This document shows positions 39,894 through 52,988 of a DNA stretch of 64,000 bases, piece after piece. Both the position numbers and the translations under genes were made by a program. The DNA comes from Geosiphon pyriformis uo1 (lineage: Eukaryota; Fungi; Glomeromycota): assembly GCA_016748015.1 (NCBI GenBank), contig JAAOMT010000258.1:622173-686172 (forward strand). Reading direction: 5' to 3'. Position 1 is the stretch's first letter. The number at the start of each line of letters is the position of its first letter. Under the pieces are notes generated by a model. It searched no databases, had not been told where the DNA came from, and saw only the letters and a program-made list of their open reading frames with translations.

Positions 39894-40866
39894 TGTTACT
39901 GGAGGTTTTTGGTCTCTTTTTTTAAATGTTGTTGATGCCTGTTTGTTGTGAATTCATATTGTCTAGATGTGGTTGAACCTCCAGTAACTGAATGTATTTT
40001 CAAATTATCTCCTATAATTTGAACTGCTGGACTTATAAGTAGAATGGCCAATTCCTTGCCAGTTACTTTATGTAGTTACATTGTAGTAAATGTCAACTCT
40101 TTCCCAGAAATTGCTCATCTGGAAGCTTACTAAAAAATGTGTAGTTACTTTGCTGTAAAAGTCAACTCTTCTACAGGAAGCTCGTCTGTAGGCTATCCTA
40201 ATGATTATAATGAGAAAAAAAAATAAAAATAAAAGAAATGTAAAAGAAATAGAATTTTTATCAAGGGAAACGTTTTTCTATCCAGGCCTGGAGTAACTAA
40301 CAGTTTACTGAAATTGGTAGCTAATCAATTTCAAAACATTAGTTGGGTTTTGAGGATTTTCTAAGTGCAATGATTAAAGAATTTGGTTTTTCGAATTATT
40401 TGATATTTATTTCTTTTTGTGTATGTAGGAATGGTTCAAAGTGATAAATCTAAAGTAAGATATATTTTTTCAAAGAGAGAAGCTCTTCTTTTATACAACT
40501 TGTCATAACACTATTCTATGAACTTGAACTTTGTTTTTTTTCTACAATTTTGCTGAACTAAAGCTACATTTTGGCAAACTACAAGTTATTTCTGCAAACT
40601 ATTAGATATTTTGGTGAACTATCAATTATTTCAGCGAATTTCTACAAATTTTGGCAAACTTTTTGAATGTTACATAGTTCGGGGTATTGCATGATTGATC
40701 ATTGCAATTAGGTTACATTTGTGTTATGTACAAATTGGGTTATTAATTAATGATAATTTCGGATATTTTACTAATGTAATAAGTGATAATTTGAAATGCT
40801 AATTAATGATAAGAATTATAAGGATAATTTCATGCTAAGCAATATCTTTAATTTTGTCTGGTAACA
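39894..40866 (-). repeat. 5' LTR of gypsy family 1
   Basis: TGTTACCAG...CCAGTAACA termini; adjacent PBS. Confidence 0.93.
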
Positions 40867-40870
40867 GCAT

Positions 40871-42335
40871 CAAAGAAATTGTAAAAGTACTATAAGTAAT
40901 TGTTAGAGAATTTGGGAATATTATTTGCACTCTATTTGTAAATTTGCATTATTATAATGTGAATAATTACTTTGAATTTACAAATAACTTTTCAATGACT
41001 ATAATATTGCATTTCAAAAAATTGCTTAAATCTAAAAGATATATAAAATTCCCTATAATAAAGATTTTTAATTAAATTTAATATTTGAATAATGAATTAT
41101 ACCAAAGAGAAATATAATAACCAAAATACCTATTGTGTATTTGACCAAATTATGATCTAATTTTAGAATTGGTTTTCTAGGCTGTAAAAAATTTTAATTG
41201 TTGAATATTTTAACAACTTATTAGAATATAATATATAATAGCTTATTATAATAATTAAAAAACTTACATCAGTTGGTGTTAATTTAAGAAAATCAGATTA
41301 GAATTGAAAAATCTTTGGCTTTACCTTAATTAAAAGAATTAAAGTTGTCTTAAAATCTATAATCTTAAATAGTTTTTTTTTGTTAGTGTTGTATATTTTT
41401 TAATGAGTTTGTTTTGATGCAAAAAATATATGAAACATATTAGTTTAAATAGATAAAACCCAGATTTTTTTGTAAAGATCTAATAGACTTCTCACTTATA
41501 AAAATTTGACATCTTTGAAAATATATGAATCATCATTAAAATACATAGCATTTTTGAAATCAATTGCAAGTTCTAATCAAATTCATAAATAAATAATATT
41601 TTTTTCAAATTTTTCATTGATGTAATGTAGAAAACATATGTCAAGTATTAAATAACTAATAAGAAAGAAATGCATAGTACTAACTTTAATTATGTTTAAG
41701 AATTTTGCTCTTTGATTACATTATAATATTCTGGATATTTTTTTTTAAACAGTAAATCCATAAATAATTCAGCATATTATTGGCCATTAAATATGAAAAT
41801 AAGAGGTTGCAATTAGGCTGTAATACTAAAATTGAAATCTATTTCAAATATCTTTATTTATTATTTTTTTAATTAACAATCATTTGCAATAAATTTTTCA
41901 TCAGCTTTGAGAGATTGGCTTTAATTTAAAAATCAGGTTTCTTTTAAGTTGGTTATTTAATTGTTAATGTTAAACTTTTTTGCCCAAATTCTTTGTCATA
42001 AGTTGAAAAAATTTTTGTAATAACTATTTTTATTGATATCATCTGAATTTTCGACTCAAATAATCTTTTTAATCCCAATAAAAATTTTTTTGATGAATAC
42101 TAAAGGAGCTTTTTTTGATTGTTTTTTATGCAAAACTACAAAACAGAAATTAAAGTTTAAATTGGAACCAAAGAAATTTAAAAAATAAATATATACCTGA
42201 GTTAAAAAAGTCATTTCTATTGTGATACAATTTTGTTGTATAATATTACATGGTTCAAATCTTTTAATTTTATCTAAGCACTAATTATACACTAGATTAA
42301 TATTACATTACATGAAAAAATGCTATTTTATTCTA
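40871..42335 (-). pseudogene. Spliced passenger gene inside the Tc1-like element (continues at ~31052-30700 beyond the gypsy insertion)
   Basis: Minus-strand splice signals: intron 42196-42136 (GTATAT...TTCTGTTTTGTAG), acceptor near 42335, further GTAAGT/TTTTAG sites. Frame reads through the gypsy TSD (...TFTISLM|PNVNNIDIWVFVS...). Product unknown. Confidence 0.45.
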
Positions 42336-42799
42336 AAGGAAAAAGAAAAGCTAAAGATTAAGTTAGAAATGCAAAAGAATCATATAAAAAAACACATTAT
42401 ATTACTTTAATAAATGATTATAATATTGAATTAAATGAATTTAACAGACTGGATGTTAATAACAGTAGATAGAATGATATAAAAGATATAAAAGCCACAA
42501 TTAAAATAAATACAAAATTAAAAAAACTTAGTTTAATATAAAAAAATAACAATCATCTAAAAAAAAGAAGTGAGGCCCTTACATAACAAAAAAAATACCA
42601 AAGTTAACCTATTATGATAAATATGGATTAAGTGATTTATTTACCAAAGCAGCAGCTAGAACTAAAAAAATTACTATTTTTTTTAATATTAGTAATGCTT
42701 AAACTACAGACTTATAATGGCCCAAATTTAATAAATCTTCAAGCAATTCAGAAAGTAAGGTTAATCCATATGCTAATTAAATAAAAAAAAGGTAAGAAT

Positions 42800-44420
42800 T
42801 AAAAGAACATTTAGAAAAACAACATATTCAGTTAACTGTCTTTAAATATAATCAAAAAAGAGCTATTTTTCGATATTTTATCTTATTAAATGATAATAAT
42901 GAACATAAAAAAATTAATACCAGTTTGAAAATTGTCCAAAAAGTTTTTATTGATAGTAGTATATAGAAAGCACAAAAATTTGATATCTTACAAAGTATTA
43001 ATTGCTTAATGATAAGTTTCTAATATCAAAACATGAAAAATACCAAAAAACAATTAGAATAATTAATAATAAAAACATTGCTAAAAGATGTTATATTTAA
43101 ATTAAAAACCAAAACTTTAATGTTATTTTAGCCATATTTAAAAAATTCATTGAGCATAAATTGTTTTCTAATATTAGAATAATAATAAAAAAAACTATTA
43201 GTCTTATAACTTAGTGGCAAATTTTTATGTTCAGTCTATATGTCATATTTGCCATTATTTGAATAAAAAATACATTTATCATGAGCTACAAGAATTTTTT
43301 CTTTTTTTATTAAGTAAGTTAGAATATATTTGATTCATAAATTCATCTTTATACTTTGATATATACTTTTCAAGCTCATATATTTTTTCTAAAAATTTTT
43401 TTTGAGATTACAAAACATTATTTTTTTTATGTACATTATAATATAAGCCTTAATGATATTGTTGGAATATATAACTAAGAGTTTTGAGCCATCTTACAAT
43501 AGAAAAAAAGGAAATAGAAGATCAATCATGATTAGTAAATTTCTAACTAAAATTGATAAATATTTATGTTTACAACAAAATAATATAGAAAACTATTTTA
43601 ATATACTAAAAAAAACACGATGCTATTTGCAACTTAATATAAATTAAGATGATTATTAGACAACAAACCATCTTCTTAAACAAATTAAATATAAAGCAAT
43701 TTCAATTTTTGAGAAATTATATTTAGATTATACAGCCATATTTGTTTTTGATAATAACTCTAATCATGTAGCATTTAGTAAAGATGCTTTAATTACAAGC
43801 AGAATAAATTTAAGTTTAAGTAGAAAGCAATTATTAATGCAAAATACTTCTTTTGGATTAAATAATTAATTACAATTGATAATTTTTTTGAAAACATATT
43901 TAGATGAAAAACTTTAAAAATTGCTAAAAGAATTAAACAAGTATTAATAAAATAAAGAAAATGGCCATCAAAAAAATTAGTATTAAAATACCAAAAATGC
44001 AAAAAAAAATCAAAAATTCTTCAAGAGTTTTTTGTTGTGTATATTAAGTAATATCTTTGGAATTTGATTTTTTTATTCAAAAAAATGCAATTAAAGAATT
44101 AATCAAAAGTATAGGACATAAGTGCATTTTTTTCCAAAATTTTATTACAAATTAAATTTTATTAAAAAATATTAAAAGCTGCTAAAAAATATGCACATAA
44201 CAAATGCAATTATTTATGGAAAAAATTATAAAAAACAGTATCTTAAAATCTTGAATTAATATTTTTAATAACTATTAGATGATTTTCAAGAAAATATTAG
44301 TATTATATGAATTTTTATAGAAAGATCTTAATAAAAAATTAGTAGAATATGCTATAAAAAAGTATAAATCTCATAAAAAAATTCCAGATAATATTTTTGA
44401 AGAATAAGACAAATTAAATA
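42800..44420 (+). pseudogene. DDE transposase (IS630/Tc1/mariner superfamily) with internal inversion at 43212-43500
   Basis: Motifs VAHDKCIFYSNNG (in the inverted part), RKKGNRRSIMISKFL, AIFVFDNNSNH, and CIFFPKFYYKLNFIK (decayed PxxxxELNxIE). 5' limit approximate. Confidence 0.8.
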
Positions 44421-44623
44421 ATATTTAAACTTTGTAATACTCTATTTGGTTTTATATTATATAAAATTTAATAAAATTTTATTTTTTATTATAAATAATA
44501 TATTAAAAACACATATATATTAACCAATAAAATTTAATTATATAAATAAAAACACATGAAAATTATTATTTAAAATTTTGGACTAATCTACATTTTTAAT
44601 GATTATAAATAGTTTGCACCATA

Positions 44624-47600
44624 GCATTTTTTGTTTTTTATGATAAGAGTTAAAACAGTTTGTGTTTAACTCATTTTTTGGTGGCTGAATTTCTTTTTCT
44701 ATATAAAATTAATTAATATTAGCAATTGGGTTTTAATTTTTTTAGTAGTTTATAAGCTTATTTTTTAATAGTTTTTTGTAAATTGTTCTTGTTTATTAAT
44801 TCTATTAAGTAAGTATTTATTATTAATTCTGTAAATAATATAGCATTTTTTTTACATGCTAATTTAAATAGTGTAAATTTGTAGTATTTTGTTTTGGTGT
44901 TTAATAAGTCAATAAAACTAAAAAAATAAATAAATTTTATTTTTGTAAGTAATTTACATAATATTTTATTAAAACATTTTATTAATCTATTTATCTGTAA
45001 TAAATAAAATAACAAAAGAGGTTATTTTATTTCAAAATATTAGTTGATTTTTATAAAAAATTGTTTATAAAGTAAGTTTTTTAATTTAAAAATAACTTTT
45101 TTGGACAGTTATATTTACAAATCAAATTTTTGTACATAAAATTAACAACTAATTTAGTGTTTGTAGTTTTAATAGCTTTTGTTTTTGGTTATTTTGTTAA
45201 GTAGTTTATAATAACTGCAATATATTTATTCTTTTTGATAATAATAGTTAGTAGTTTTATTAAATTAATTCTTATTCTATTAAATAGTTTTTTTATTTTA
45301 ATAAATTTTAAGAATTTAGTTTCTTTTAATCTTCTTTTTTTTGACATATATTACAATTATAAATGTATTAAATAATATTGGTATATATTTTTAATTAATA
45401 GTACAGACTAATTGCCTATTAAATTGTAAATTTTTTTGCAAAATATTTTATATTTAAATTTGAGTATATATTATAAAGAATAATTTTTTTTGTTTTCAAT
45501 AATTTCTTTAAGTAAATTATATTAATGGTATTTATATAGTATTTATTTTTAATCAAGTAGTATTTAACTTGTATCTGAATTTTTGTTTGTTTTTACAATG
45601 ATAATTTTATTAGTAATTAAAAAATTATAAAATAATCTATTAAGTATTAATGTATTTTAATATTTATTTTAATCAAATTATAGATAGTTTTTAGTAATTA
45701 TGTATATTTTATTTAAGACAAACAGTTTACATTAGTGTTTTTGGTTCTCTTTTTATAAATAATATTATATATGTAAAGATATAATAAAATAATTTATTTG
45801 ACATAATATTTTTCTAATAAGTTTTTGTTTATTAATCAAATAAAACTTTTATGATCTGTAATAATATTAAAAAAGTCATATAGTAAATATTGTCAAAAAT
45901 ATTTTATGGTTTATACAATTATGAAATATTTAATTTTATAGATAAATTAGTTATTTTGATTATATTTAGATTTTTACTAACATATATGATTATGTGGTTT
46001 TTTTTTTATTATTTTGTGACAAAATAGCATCCAAATTTGTTCTAAAAACATTAATTACAAGTACAAATTTATTGGTAAAGTTAAGTTATACCAAAATTAA
46101 GACTTTAATAATCTTTTATTTTATGTAATTAAATATTTATTTTACTTTATTTTTGTCTTAAATTTTTAGCTAATAATTGATTTAAAAATTAGATTACTGT
46201 TGAAAAATTTTTTATAAATCTTTAGTAGTATAAAGTAAGTTTTAAAAATGCTTAAAATTCAGTTAAATTTTGAAAACAAAAATTTTTTTTGATTTTTTTG
46301 ATTTTTGTAATATTGAATTTTATTTCATTTTTTTTAATAATATAACTTAAGAAAATAAGTTATAATTTTCTAAAAAAGTATTTTTTGTAGTTAAGTTTTA
46401 TTTTGGCAGTTTAAAGTTTTTCAAAAATTTGTTATAAATATTGGAAATAGTTTTCAAATATTAAAAAAACACATTTGTATTTTTTAAATAAATTACAACT
46501 AATTTTCACAAGATTTCAAAGTAAACAATATCTATTAGCCATTAAAATATTGCAAGAGTATTAGTTAATCTGAATAACATTATATTAAATTTGTAATTGC
46601 TATTTTAAGTTATAAAAATAATCTTTTCTTAATTATTGAAATTTATGATTATTTGTTAATATTTATTAATAAAATTTAAAGTTAAAAACCATTTGAATTT
46701 ACTTAGAACATCCAAAATTTCATTAAAAATAAACATTCTTTTTGTAACATTATTAAGTTTTTTATAATTAACACAGAATTTGATTTTTTGGTTTTTTTTA
46801 TATTAGTATAATAAATAAGAACTATAGACTTATAGAAAATTGTATAAGTTTGTTTTTTAATATTTAATTAACTTCTTCTTTTATAAAATTATATTTGGAT
46901 AATAGTACTTAGTATATGTATTGCTTAATAAATAACATATTTTTTGTATGAATTTGATAATAAATTAAATTAGTTTAACCAAATCTTTTTTTGGCAAAAA
47001 TACTTAAGTATCTTAAGATAAGTGTTTTTAATTGTTTTTATTATAAAAAATTTAGTAATCTAAGATTAAGTTTAATTATTTTTTTATTAGTTATATAATA
47101 GTATTCAATATTTGGTTTTAATAAATTCAATTTATTTTTGCAATATAAGATAGTCAAAAATTTTCTAAGATTTATGTTGATTAATAATATTTATATTCAG
47201 ATATCTTAAGATCATATTCTTAAATAAATATATAATTTTCTTGAATAAATTGTAAATAAATATTTTTATTTGTAAGTAGCTATATAAGTTGAAAAAACTA
47301 ATTAAAAATTGTTTACAAAAAATAATATAAAGTTTGAATAAAAAATTCATTTCTATTATTTTTTTGTATATATTAAATAAGTATGTTTTAAATAGTAAAA
47401 TTGTAATTGTTCTATTAATTTAAATTAATTTTAAGTTTTTCTGTATTGTTTTAATATAATTGACAAATAGTGTAACTGTTTCTGTAAAACTAAGATCTTG
47501 GATTCTATATTCAGTTTTTTTAATTTTTTTTAAGCTTTAGTGATAATTAATCTAACAATTTAGAGCAAAAATAAAAAAATTTCTGTGCAATTTTTTTTAA

Positions 47601-49736
47601 TTCAATTACATATGATTAATTCAATTTATTATGTAATAAGATTATAAAATTTTTTGTATATTTAGAGCTTATAATTTTTTTTTAATATTAATTTTTTTTG
47701 AGCTAAGCTAAATTAAAAAACTATTTGTACTATAGTTTTGTGTGTTATTTTTAAGTTAATTATAATAACAGCAAAATATTCTAATGTTAATATTTAATTT
47801 TTAGAGTATTAAAAATCAAATTCAATATTTATTAGATGTATTTGTTTTAGTAGAATTCTTTAATTATCATTAATAAAACATTTAATATTCAGTTTTTGTC
47901 TAAAATCAATAAGAATATGTATATTATTTGTTAATATTTTTAGTGTTTAGAAAGTTTTATCTTGTGCTTTAGAGTTTGGATAATTTTCAAATTGAATTAT
48001 TTTTTTAAATAATTTAGACTAGAATTAACAATCAAAACACTATTGTAATTAATAAAAAATTAAGCAGTTTTTATACAGATAAGTATTAATCTGTACAAGA
48101 TATTGTTTTTGCTTTTCTTATGTTAAATAAAATTCTTAATAATAATCTTGAAATTTTTGTAAAAGATTTAAAAGGTTGTATTTAACAATTTTTTTGATTA
48201 TTTTTAATAGTACTTTCCAATTTCGAATTTTTTTGACTAATTTATTCTGTATACTTAATTTAATTATATTATATAATTGTTTGACATTATATAAATAATA
48301 ATATATGTAATTAAAAACTTTATTATAAGTAACATTAAAGAAAGTTTCTTTTTTTATTTAGTCAATAATAAAAATAGTATATTGATAAATGAGATTATAT
48401 GTAGTTTCTTTAAATTACATATTAACTTAGTTATATTTATTGAGTAAGAAATTTTTATAGACAATATAAGAAATTTTATTTTATTTTTTAATCATTTGAA
48501 ATATTTATATGTTTTTTTGTAATATTAATTATAATAATAGTATATAATCTATTAATTATTTTTGTATAAAATAATATAAACAGTCATAAAAAATAATTTT
48601 TTTTAACAGATTAAGTATTGTAGTCTTGATTAATATTTTGATAATATTGAAGATAAAAAAGAAAAAATAATATAGAATTAAAAATTTTGGTGTTTTATAA
48701 GAAAACAAATAGCAGTTTTTTATAATTATTCTTATTTTATATAATCTAATATGTTTTGATGACATTTGTTTCTAATGTTTTTTCAAATTTAAACCAAAAT
48801 AAATTGTTTATATTAAGAGTTTTTTAAAATATCTGTATATAATAAGTATTTTTGTATATTGTTTTTAATATGTTAGCTGTAACTTTTGAATCAACTAATT
48901 TAAAGTGGCATTTATTTTTTTAATCAATTATTTCTAATTAGTGCTTAGTATTAAATTGTATTTATAATTAATATTTTAATAGAAATGATTATTCTATTTA
49001 TGTTAAAAAAAAAGAAGTTAAGTTTTTTAATTACTAATTTTTTGGTTTTATTAATAGTAATAATAAGAATAATAATGTTTTTGTTAATTTGTTAATTTAA
49101 TTGGTTTATTAATTAAAAGATAATAGTACTTTTTGCTAATCTACTGTTTAAAATCAGTTTGATAAATTTATTATATACTTTTATTTTAGTATATATAACA
49201 ATAATTGATTTATTTTTATTTAAAACAGTTCTATTAAATAAAATAAGAGTAGATTCTTTTTTTTTAAAATCTAAAAAAATATGGCTGCTAAAGTTTTATT
49301 ATTAATAATAATAACCAAAAAAATTATATTAATATTTTTATTAATATTAATAGTAAGATTTTTGATTGTATTTTCATTTTAATTTTTATAAAAACACTTT
49401 ATTATAAACATCTAATTATTTAAATAAGTTAAAAAATATTTGTTAATAATATATATATGTATTGTATAATTTAGATTTTATAGTATTATTGTATTTGCTA
49501 CTAGTTAATCCAAAAAATTTGAGCTAATAATTGTCACTGTTATTGTAATAATCTAAGTATTATAATTAGACTGTGCTTTATTGTCATAATAGTTATTATT
49601 AAAAATATTATTAAATTAGTACTGAATATTAATTCTAAAATATTATGTATTAATTAACAAAAGATAAGTTTTATAAATTGTTTTTTATGAGTTTTAATAA
49701 GATTATAATAGTTAGTATTTGGCTTTAATATGTTTG
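44624..49736 (-). mobile_element. Gypsy family 2, unit b internal region (gag C-terminus, PR, dUTPase-like, RT, RH, IN), heavily decayed
   Basis: IN 44740-45300. RH LVINVFRTNLDAIL (from LxTDASxxGLGAIL) ~46040. RT NYKFNIMLFRL (from YEFNVMPFGL) ~46590. KIAQ and IISSKYTK dUTPase traces ~47590-47680. Confidence 0.65.
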
Positions 49737-49748
49737 TATTTTAAACAA

Positions 49749-52700
49749 AAAAAATAAAAAATCTTTCTCTTGTTGATCCTCCAGTCACAATAAAAGTGAG
49801 ATATTGTTAAAAAAAAAGTCTCTCTTACTCCTTATTTCTTTCGTGTTTTTAACTATTTCTTCAGACATATCTTTATTTGTAAACATAGAACCAACGGATC
49901 CTGCTGCTAGTGGCTCTGAATTTACTTTTACTGGGTTAGAGAACTGGCCTGATACAAAAAAAAAAGAGTAAATAGTGTGTACTCTTGCAGTACATCTTAC
50001 AAAAAGCCTAAGAATCCTAAAGTCAGTGTCAGTATGATTAATTTATCTACTAGACCATTGGGCCTGGCCAATATTGGTAATGTTGATGGTAAGTTTTTGA
50101 AATCTTGGAGCAGTGAAATAAAAAGCAAAGCAAGCAGTGTGGGTGGCCTGTTGGACTTAGAAAACATGAAAAATACTGTTACTAAAGAAACTAGTTATGC
50201 TGACTTAAACGCTTCTGTAGTCAATGGCATAGAGAATGATACCATATTCAAGAAAATGTATACTCACATGTACATATTAGGTCAATCTCTGAAAACTTTT
50301 TCATTCAATGTTTTAAGTAATAATGAAGATATGGTGGCTCTTCCATCTTCTAAGTTTAATGATTCTAATCAGCTGCCAAGTATCAAGTTATATATTTTGG
50401 AAAAAAAAACTTCGAGCCAGTAAAATCATTCACATTAAATATTGACAAATTGATTTCAATAAAAAAATTTTTTTATTATGTTGATGGTTTTGGGAAGGCC
50501 TCTGCTCTCTTAAAATTCTCAGAGATTATCAGATTATCATTTACTTTAGAATTGAGCTTGGATAAGACCAGAAAAATGACAATCTGTGAAAAAATTTTGG
50601 TAAACAATGATGTTAAAAAGCCAAGCAGTCATTTGAATTGGAAAATAATTGTCAAGAAAATTTTAGTTAATCTTTTCAAATCAGCTATTGTGGCAGTGTT
50701 TTTTAAATTTGGTAAAATTGTTTCAGTTAAGTTGCAGTTGGTAGGTCTTTGGCAAAAGGTCTTGATTTAGTTTAGATCTGTTGAAGTTGCCAAGTTGGTT
50801 GCTTTTAAGTAGTCTGTTTTGGTGGGAAAAAATTCTGTGTATGTGACTTTGGTCATTAGTGATAAAATGTCATGGATTTCAAGAAACATGTACTATGCTT
50901 TGTTGTATACTCTTCCAGTTAGTACAACTGTGCATGATTTGTCTAAGTTAATGGCATCTTATGATAAGAAAACATGTTTTATTGGCCACAATTCAAATAC
51001 TATATGTGTGTAATAGGTGTACTATTATTTGTTTTGAGAATAAAACATTCAAATTGGCTGTTATTGGTTTAGTTTCAATATTTAAGGATGTGAGTTTGCA
51101 TTGGGCTGGTCTTTTTCTAGCTTATTATACTTGATGCAAACAATTTGGTCATATTACTGTTAATTGTTTGGTGGGTGAGAATTTTGTTGGTCATAAGAAA
51201 TAGATAATATCTGCTCAGGATCAAATTTATCTGACTAGCATTTATAAAAAAACAGGCTCTTATCACTCATCCAGTCTTTTTTGATGATAAAACATGAGCC
51301 CAAGTTGCTGGTAGCTTTTCTTTTCATGTGATTTCTTTTGTTACTTCTGGTTGTAGTGTGCTTTCTGATGAGAAATCTTTTTCAATGGATTCTTCTCTTT
51401 CTGTTCTTGTTGGTTTAAGTAATTATTTGGTGTCTTTAGAATGTTTCTTAGAACTTTTAGCTGACCAGGTTTTTAATATTATGAAAAAGTTGAGTTTTAT
51501 TGAATTGGTGCTTTTGGTAACTCCCTTTCAAGTGTCTTCTATGGCTACTTCTGCAGCTGTTGATACAGGTCTGAACTTAGATATAAGATTGGATGACACG
51601 TTGTTGTCTTTCATTTTCCTTCTTCCAGTTGTGGATGATTTGGTTGCTGGTTTTAACTCAAATAGTTCAAAGGTATTAATCTTTAAGATGGGTGGTTTAG
51701 AATTAAAGATGGTGGCTTTGAAGGTATCAATTAGGTCTGTTTTGAATAAATTGAATTGTTTGTACTCCAGCCTAGGGTTTGCTGGCTCCTCTTTTCTTTT
51801 CTTCTCAATAAGTGATCTAGTATGGAAGTTTGTTACATGTAATATTCGAAGTATTAATATTTCTGCCAAACAGAAAAATGTTGTTTGATAACATAGAAAA
51901 TTTGGGAATGCGGTTTCAATTGTTACAAAAACAAAGTTAAAGTCTAGCATTAGGCTGTAGATTAAAAATAAGTTTGAAGGAGTGCGAGTTTTTACTTTTG
52001 GTTTGGATATGGGTTTTGCTAGTGCTGGTGTTATTATTATCATGAACAATTTCTTGGCTTATTATGTTGCTAAAATGAAGAAGATTTCTGGTCAGGTTAT
52101 TGTGGTATGTTTTTTGTTCAAAGGCAAGCTCTCAGTTGCAATTATTGGTTTGTATGTTGGTGCTTTTTTTGTTGTTTAGTTTGAGCAAGTGTCAATGATC
52201 AACTTTATTGTTGCAAAGGCTGTTAACTTTAGCACTTTTGTGGTTTTGGGTGGGGATTTCAATAAAAATGCACTAGGTAGAAGTGCAAGTTTTAAGTTTT
52301 GTCAGAGTCTGGTTTTGGTCAATTCTTTTAATAGATATTTGTTGGCCAAGGTCCCTACTTAGGATAATTCATGGAGTACTAAAAAGATTTTAGATTACAT
52401 TTTTGTCAGTAAGAACTTGTCATTAGCAGTTGTTGGTCATAGTGTTGGCTCTGTTTCTGCATTCTTTAACACTAATCACAAAGCTGTTATGGTGCCAATT
52501 GGATTGGATGGGCTCCTAGATATTTGTTTAAATAGCTTGTACAAGTGGGCTAATAAGGATCATTGGAAGTTTAAAATCAAAGATGTTAATAGTACTAAGT
52601 AGTTACATTTTAAGGAGTACTTTTCTGCCAAATTTTCAACTGTGGCCTTGGAGTTTTCAAGTGTTCAGGCTTGTATTGATATGAATGATATGTGAGTGCT

Positions 52701-52988
52701 ACTAGAGAAATTGATGGTTAAGTTGGCAGATGTAATATTTTCAAGACTTTAGTTTAGCAAATTTCAGTGTTCTAAAAACAAGCTTTCTTCTAAGTTTTTG
52801 GAATTGAAGCTATTGATTGCCAAATTAGTCAAGAAGTTGGGTGTGAGTGATATGTGGGAAGTTGATTGGCTTATCAATATATGGTCAAAGTTGGATGGTG
52901 ATAAAGCTGTTATAATCACAGATATGGTTTGGAATAGATTGAGATCTTTGGATATCCTTAGGCAGTTGTCATTATTTTACAAAGAATA
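49749..52988 (+). mobile_element. LINE X, 5' half (5' UTR, ORF1, APE, linker)
   Basis: Preceded by TSD TATTTTAAACAA (49737-49748). Conserved TTTCTCTTG 5' motif; ORF1 homologous to LINE A; WKFVTCNIRSIN and LGGDFN. Ends abruptly at LSLFYKEY. Confidence 0.9.

Larger units (their letters stand above)
31057..40866 (-). mobile_element. Full-length Ty3/gypsy family 1 element, 9.8 kb (gag-PR-Cys-rich-dUTPase-RT-RH-IN-ORF3), pseudogenised
   Basis: Paired ~972-bp LTRs; TSD GTAT/GCAT. gag with CHYCRIPGHWKRDC; protease ILDSGS (~37785); RT MSFGLCNAPATFQRLMD...YFND; integrase H-H-C-C and core. RT-RH-IN order defines gypsy. Confidence 0.95.
30587..44621 (+). mobile_element. Tc1/mariner-IS630 superfamily DNA transposon (~4.2 kb without the nested gypsy)
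   Basis: ~27-bp TIRs TAATGCAAACTATTTGTAGTCATCAAA and rc TGGTGCAAACTATTTATAATCATTAAA, differing only by transitions. TA at 30585-86 and 44622-23. The flanks rejoin to match the uninterrupted copy near 20020. Confidence 0.8.

Noticed and set aside
39700-40100. gag ORF starting in the LTR and reading through the PBS
   Set aside because: The LTR frame and the downstream frame (YQSIYTHCK...FNIPDG) do not connect without a frameshift in this copy; unsupported.
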